Source of the DNA: Anaeromyxobacter sp.
GTDB taxonomy: Bacteria > Myxococcota > Myxococcia > Myxococcales > Anaeromyxobacteraceae
Length of the DNA: 64,000 nucleotides
Reading direction: 5' to 3'
Assembly: GCA_049840735.1 (NCBI GenBank)
Contig: JASGJN010000022.1
Coordinates: forward strand, 768,001 to 832,000
Numbering within the stretch: position 1 is the first letter of the stretch; each line of letters begins with the position of its first letter. Positions 59,982 to 64,000 of this stretch are shown in pieces. The notes beneath the pieces are model-generated. The model worked only from the letters and a program-made list of their open reading frames with translations. It did not search any database and was not told the origin of the DNA. A program made the translations under genes and the position numbers.

Positions 59982-62626
59982 CAGCGTGGTGCCGCAGCCG
60001 GTTGGCAGCTTATCGTGGCAGCCATCGCTTCGAAATGTCCAGCTTCGTAGTCACGCCAGGCGACGAGCCATCGATCGGGCCGTGGGGTGGCCGACACGTC
60101 GGGGAGCGGCTGGATCCCGCTGACCTTTCCAATCGTTGCCACGGCGCCTACGCCGGTTCGATCGAATAGCGCGACGCGCAGTCGGGAGGCCTCGTAGAAG
60201 GCAGCAAGGAGCTGCTTTTCGTTGGCTGCGATTGCGGGTCTCGCGCCCCGTGGGGCAATTTCGTGGCGATAGAGCACCGCGTTCGAGCGTGCGTCGATCG
60301 CCATTGCCACGAGTCCTGCCGCTTCCTCGCCCCAGAGGAGGAAGCAAGTGTCCCCGAGGCAATGGGTGCGTGCGTCATCGCTGGCGGTTCCCTCGCGTCC
60401 TAGGGCTTCGATCGGTGCGAGAAACCGATGGTCGAGACTGGCCGTGTTCGTCGAGATCTTGGGCGCGGTGACGGTTCGGACCAGGTCCGAAGATTCGTCG
60501 AGCACGAGGGAGTACACGCGACGTTGCTGCCCTTGGCGTAGCGTGAAGAGCACGCGTAGCTTTCCGTTGCTTACCGAAACGGCGGGGCGAACCGCGCTCG
60601 GGCGCAGAGCGCGATCGGGCTTGAGAGCCGTCAGCGAAATCACGGGGCCCGTCGGATCGAAGTCGGCGGTCAGATGACGCAAGAGTAGGTTCTGCGCGCC
60701 GTCGGAACCATCGTCCTCCCACGCGACCCAGTAGGATCCGTCACTGGTCCTAGCAATTGCGGGGGCGTATTCGTCCTTGGAAAGGGGCGCGACGTTCTTC
60801 ATGCCGCCCTGAATCCGTCCCGCGACGTCGAGCTTTCGAGCAAAGATCCCCGCCTGTCGGCTCGTCGCGTCCCAGAAGAGCAGCGCGATGCCAGTTGCCG
60901 AAGGATTCGCTTTGACGTCGAGCGTCCAAAATTGTGGGTAGCGCGCGTTCAGGGACTCGGGCGTCGCGAGCTGCGGAACCGTGATTCGCCGCAACCCCTC
61001 GTCGAGCACGGTCGTGTACACCTGCCTTCGCGTCTTGTCCTCGTGTCCGTCGACCCACCCCACGACGGCATGGGAGCCGCTCGCAACGATGGTGGGACGT
61101 GACGGTGGGTCGCTGACGGTGAAGGGGCGAGGTCGACCGAGGGCCAGTAGGTGACAAGGGCCGTTCGTCGTTTCCTGCGCCGCCTTGACGTGGGTTCGGA
61201 GATTGGTCGCGATCCCCTCGCCACCGTTTTTGATGGCATCGTCGAAGAGGCGAATGGCTTCGTCGATTTTTCCTTCGACGAGAGCGCCTTGGGCTTCGGT
61301 GATCGTTTCGCCGAAGCCTTGGGTTTCGAGGGGCGCACTCTGTCCGACGAGCGAGGGGGCGCTTGGCGTTTGGCTCCCATGCGCGGCCGAAGAGGTTCCG
61401 AACAGGTCGGCGACCGAATCGCGGAACACGAAGGCGGCTCCGGCGGCCACGAGCAAGACCGCAGCCGCCGCGAGGAGGATAGGGCCTCTCCGAGAACGAA
61501 ATTTCGGCGGTGCGGATTCGATGACCTTGGGCGATTTGGCGTGTTCGGGAGTGTTGAGTCGCGGGGCTTCGACAGCCTTCTGGAGTGGGGGGCGTCGTGA
61601 GGAAGGCACGCTCGTGCGCTCGTCGAATCGATCGGGCACGGAGGTCTCTACGGAGTCGTCCTCGCCAATCTTGCGCTCGGCGGCGCGTTGGAGCATGTCG
61701 TCGACGTCCACGAGCAACGAGGGCGTCTGGATGTGTGACGACTCACCCGGCGACAGGGCCTCCGTGAGCGCGATCATGAATTGGGCAGCGGTCTGGAAGC
61801 GATCCTCCGGAGAACGCTGCAGGGCTTTGAGAAGCCACTTGTCGAAGGCGGGAGGCAGATCGGGGCGGAGCTTCGACGGGAGTGGGATCTGCGCGTTGGC
61901 AACCTGGGCGAGGATCATCGCGACGCCTTGATCGACGTTCCATACCGTGTGTCCCGTCAGGCATTCGTAGGTGATGCAGCCGAGCGCCCAGAGATCCGAG
62001 CGGTGATCGACCTCGCCGCGACCCTTCGCTTGCTCGGGACTCATGTAGGCCGGAGTTCCGAAAAGCGCACCTTCGCGGGTGAGCCGGGCTTGAGCTGGGC
62101 CGTCGCTGGTCGCGTAGAATTTCGCGAGCCCGAAGTCGAGGAGCTTCGTGATGATCTCGCCCTCTTCGTTGCGCGTCAAAAATAGGTTTTCGGGTTTCAA
62201 ATCCCGATGCACGATCCCAGCCGAGTGCGCCTTCGCGAGGCCCTTGGCCGTCTGGGTCATGATCTTCAACGTGATGGGAATGTCGAGCCTGCGGACGCGC
62301 GTCATCCGATCATAAAGGCTCTCGCCCTCGAGCAGCTCCATGACGAGGAACGGCCGATTGTCGAATTCACCAACGTCATAGACGTCGCAGATATAGGGGC
62401 TGCGAACCGCAGCAGAAGCCCGGGCTTCCCGCAGGAATCGCTCGCGAACGACGCGCGAGGTCGTCAGTTCTGCAGCGAGGACTTTGACCGCGACGCGCTT
62501 GCCGAGACCAAGGTTCTCGGCTTCGTACACCGCCGCCATTCCGCCGCGGCCAATCTCGCGAGTGATTCGATATTTGCCCGCGAGCACGGAGCCCAGCGCA
62601 ATTTGGGAGAATTCGTCGACGGTCAT
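59981..62626 (-). CDS. Ser/Thr protein kinase with TM and large extracytoplasmic domain
   Basis: GRGGMAAVY, VAVK, HRDLKPEN, DFG, GTPAYMSPE. Confidence 0.95.
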   Translation of the reverse strand: MTVDEFSQIALGSVLAGKYRITREIGRGGMAAVYEAENLGLGKRVAVKVLAAELTTSRVVRERFLREARASAAVRSPYICDVYDVGEFDNRPFLVMELLEGESLYDRMTRVRRLDIPITLKIMTQTAKGLAKAHSAGIVHRDLKPENLFLTRNEEGEIITKLLDFGLAKFYATSDGPAQARLTREGALFGTPAYMSPEQAKGRGEVDHRSDLWALGCITYECLTGHTVWNVDQGVAMILAQVANAQIPLPSKLRPDLPPAFDKWLLKALQRSPEDRFQTAAQFMIALTEALSPGESSHIQTPSLLVDVDDMLQRAAERKIGEDDSVETSVPDRFDERTSVPSSRRPPLQKAVEAPRLNTPEHAKSPKVIESAPPKFRSRRGPILLAAAAVLLVAAGAAFVFRDSVADLFGTSSAAHGSQTPSAPSLVGQSAPLETQGFGETITEAQGALVEGKIDEAIRLFDDAIKNGGEGIATNLRTHVKAAQETTNGPCHLLALGRPRPFTVSDPPSRPTIVASGSHAVVGWVDGHEDKTRRQVYTTVLDEGLRRITVPQLATPESLNARYPQFWTLDVKANPSATGIALLFWDATSRQAGIFARKLDVAGRIQGGMKNVAPLSKDEYAPAIARTSDGSYWVAWEDDGSDGAQNLLLRHLTADFDPTGPVISLTALKPDRALRPSAVRPAVSVSNGKLRVLFTLRQGQQRRVYSLVLDESSDLVRTVTAPKISTNTASLDHRFLAPIEALGREGTASDDARTHCLGDTCFLLWGEEAAGLVAMAIDARSNAVLYRHEIAPRGARPAIAANEKQLLAAFYEASRLRVALFDRTGVGAVATIGKVSGIQPLPDVSATPRPDRWLVAWRDYEAGHFEAMAATISCQPAAAPR

Positions 62627-62648
62627 GCGTTGCGTCTGGGCGTCTTTC

Positions 62649-63707
62649 CTAGGAGGGATCCTGCGGGCTCGTAAAAAGGCGGACGAGGGATGGCGACAGG
62701 GTAACCGCTCGGTTTTCCGTTGGGGAGTCTTTCGTGGTCGAGATCGTCGACCAAAACAGCGCCCTTTCGGCTCGCGGCTGGCTGCGCGCCCCGCCTCTCA
62801 CCTCGGCCGGCGGTTGCGTTCGAGTGGCGACGTTACCGCGGGCGGCAGGCCACCTCAACCATCCCAACGCCGCCGCGAACGCTTTGCCAGTGTATGTGGA
62901 TTCGAGCTGCAGACCTTGCGTGGTCGCGATCTGAATGGCTGTCTCGCCGGCCTGCGTCGGCACCCCATAGCCGTCACCGATCCAACGCGAGTCGATCTCC
63001 AACCGGGACGCCAAGTTCTGCGGGATTTCCGCATCGAGACTGCGCAGGGCACGTCGCGCCAGGTGCAGAACGAGGGTGCGCGGCGCAGGGATCTTCAGAA
63101 CCGGCACTGCCACGAGGCGCGCTCGGAGCTGGGAGCGGGCGAGTCCCGCGAGGATCCCCGCGGCCGTCCCGCCGGAACCGAGTGCAACGAAGATGACGTC
63201 CGGCTCTGGGAGAACCCCAGCGCGGATCTGCTCATCGAGTTCGGCAACGGCGTCGATGTAGCCCAACGTTCCGATTGCGTTGGAGCCTCCAGGGGGAATC
63301 CAACGCGTATCTCTGCGACAGACGGATGCGAGGGTGCGAAGCACTTTTGCGAATTCGAAGACGCTCACCCACTCGACGCCGGCGAGGATCGCGTCTTTTG
63401 TTGTCTGTTCGGCGTGCCTTCCGTAGGGGCGCGGAAGCGCAATCGCCGTCACCGAAAGTCCGAGTTTCCGTCCGAGCAGGCCCGTGGCGAGGACGTGGTG
63501 GGAGCCGAGTGCTCCGATGGTGACGAGTCGACGTATACCGTCCTCCTCGACCCGCCGGAGGAGGTATGCGAGTTTTCGCGGCTTGTTCCCTCCGTAGTCA
63601 GTGCATATCGCGCCGTCGTCCTTAACCCAAAGCTCGCGCGACTCATTCACGGCCAACCGTCGAACGGGAGATGGAACGTCGAGAGTGCAGGCGATGGGTG
63701 CGGGCAC
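62649..63707 (-). CDS. D-cysteine desulfhydrase / ACC deaminase family PLP enzyme
   Basis: KDDG..YGGNKPRKL, GSHH, PPGGS, GSGGT, TYTGKA. Confidence 0.88.
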   Translation of the reverse strand: MPAPIACTLDVPSPVRRLAVNESRELWVKDDGAICTDYGGNKPRKLAYLLRRVEEDGIRRLVTIGALGSHHVLATGLLGRKLGLSVTAIALPRPYGRHAEQTTKDAILAGVEWVSVFEFAKVLRTLASVCRRDTRWIPPGGSNAIGTLGYIDAVAELDEQIRAGVLPEPDVIFVALGSGGTAAGILAGLARSQLRARLVAVPVLKIPAPRTLVLHLARRALRSLDAEIPQNLASRLEIDSRWIGDGYGVPTQAGETAIQIATTQGLQLESTYTGKAFAAALGWLRWPAARGNVATRTQPPAEVRGGARSQPRAERALFWSTISTTKDSPTENRAVTLSPSLVRLFTSPQDPS

Positions 63708-63770
63708 GGAGGCTGATCTGAATCAGGACTGAGACTGGGGACAGCCGCAGTGGGATTCGGTGACGGTGAT

Positions 63771-63894
63771 GGCACCGGCACCAGCACCAGCACCAGCACC
63801 AGCACCGGCACCAGCACCGGCACCGGCACCAGCACCGGCACCAGCACCAGCACCGGCACCAGCACCGGCACCGGCACCGGCACCAGCACCGGCA
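63771..63894. repeat. Tandem hexamer repeat (RGCACC)n, about 20 units
   Basis: Alternating GGCACC/AGCACC units read directly. Confidence 0.95.
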
Positions 63895-64000
63895 TCGGCG
63901 TCTACAGGATTGGACGAGCCGCCGACGGCACTGTCGTCAATGGGTCGGCAATGCGTGCCGCTTCCATCGGGGGGAGATGATGTCCGTCGAGCGCCGTCGG

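Noticed and set aside
63750..63980. Thr/Ser/Gly-rich small protein
   Set aside because: The ORF is open mainly because the hexamer repeat has no stop codons.
57495..64000. Horizontally acquired island
   Set aside because: No mobility genes or att sites, and genes are truncated on both sides of the boundary.

Overview
Bases 1 to ~57,494 look like very GC-rich Anaeromyxobacter-like (Myxococcota) DNA. They begin with the dcw cell-wall/division cluster on the minus strand (mraZ-STAS-rsmH-ftsL-ftsI-murE-murF-mraY-murD-ftsW-murG-murC-murB). Next come a CxxCH-bearing multi-HAMP chemoreceptor, a GH31 glycosidase, a DEAD-box helicase, an HUH/Y1 (RAYT-like) transposase, trpB2, a TraB-like OmpA protein, a kinase-FHA pair and an ECF sigma/CBM48 operon. 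These are followed by bioH-bioC with a BirA-type operator, epmA and assorted metabolic genes. At ~57,495 an MFS gene and an oppositely oriented gene are both cut and base/codon usage changes abruptly, so the last ~6.5 kb (histidine kinase, GNAT, Ser/Thr kinase, PLP deaminase, hexamer repeat) is probably a different contig or organism. The main hidden signals are: (1) the HUH transposase lies between GGACGTCCCGG and AAGTACTCTGGG, and the 12-mer recurs exactly in two other intergenic regions with similar partner motifs, suggesting a mobile element with short non-autonomous copies; (2) all five single-base frameshifts seen fall at GATC (four at GGATC), suggesting a methylation motif visible through sequencing errors; (3) a five-gene ECF system that may sense alpha-glucans. 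All calls come from reading the sequence by eye; no database searches were run.
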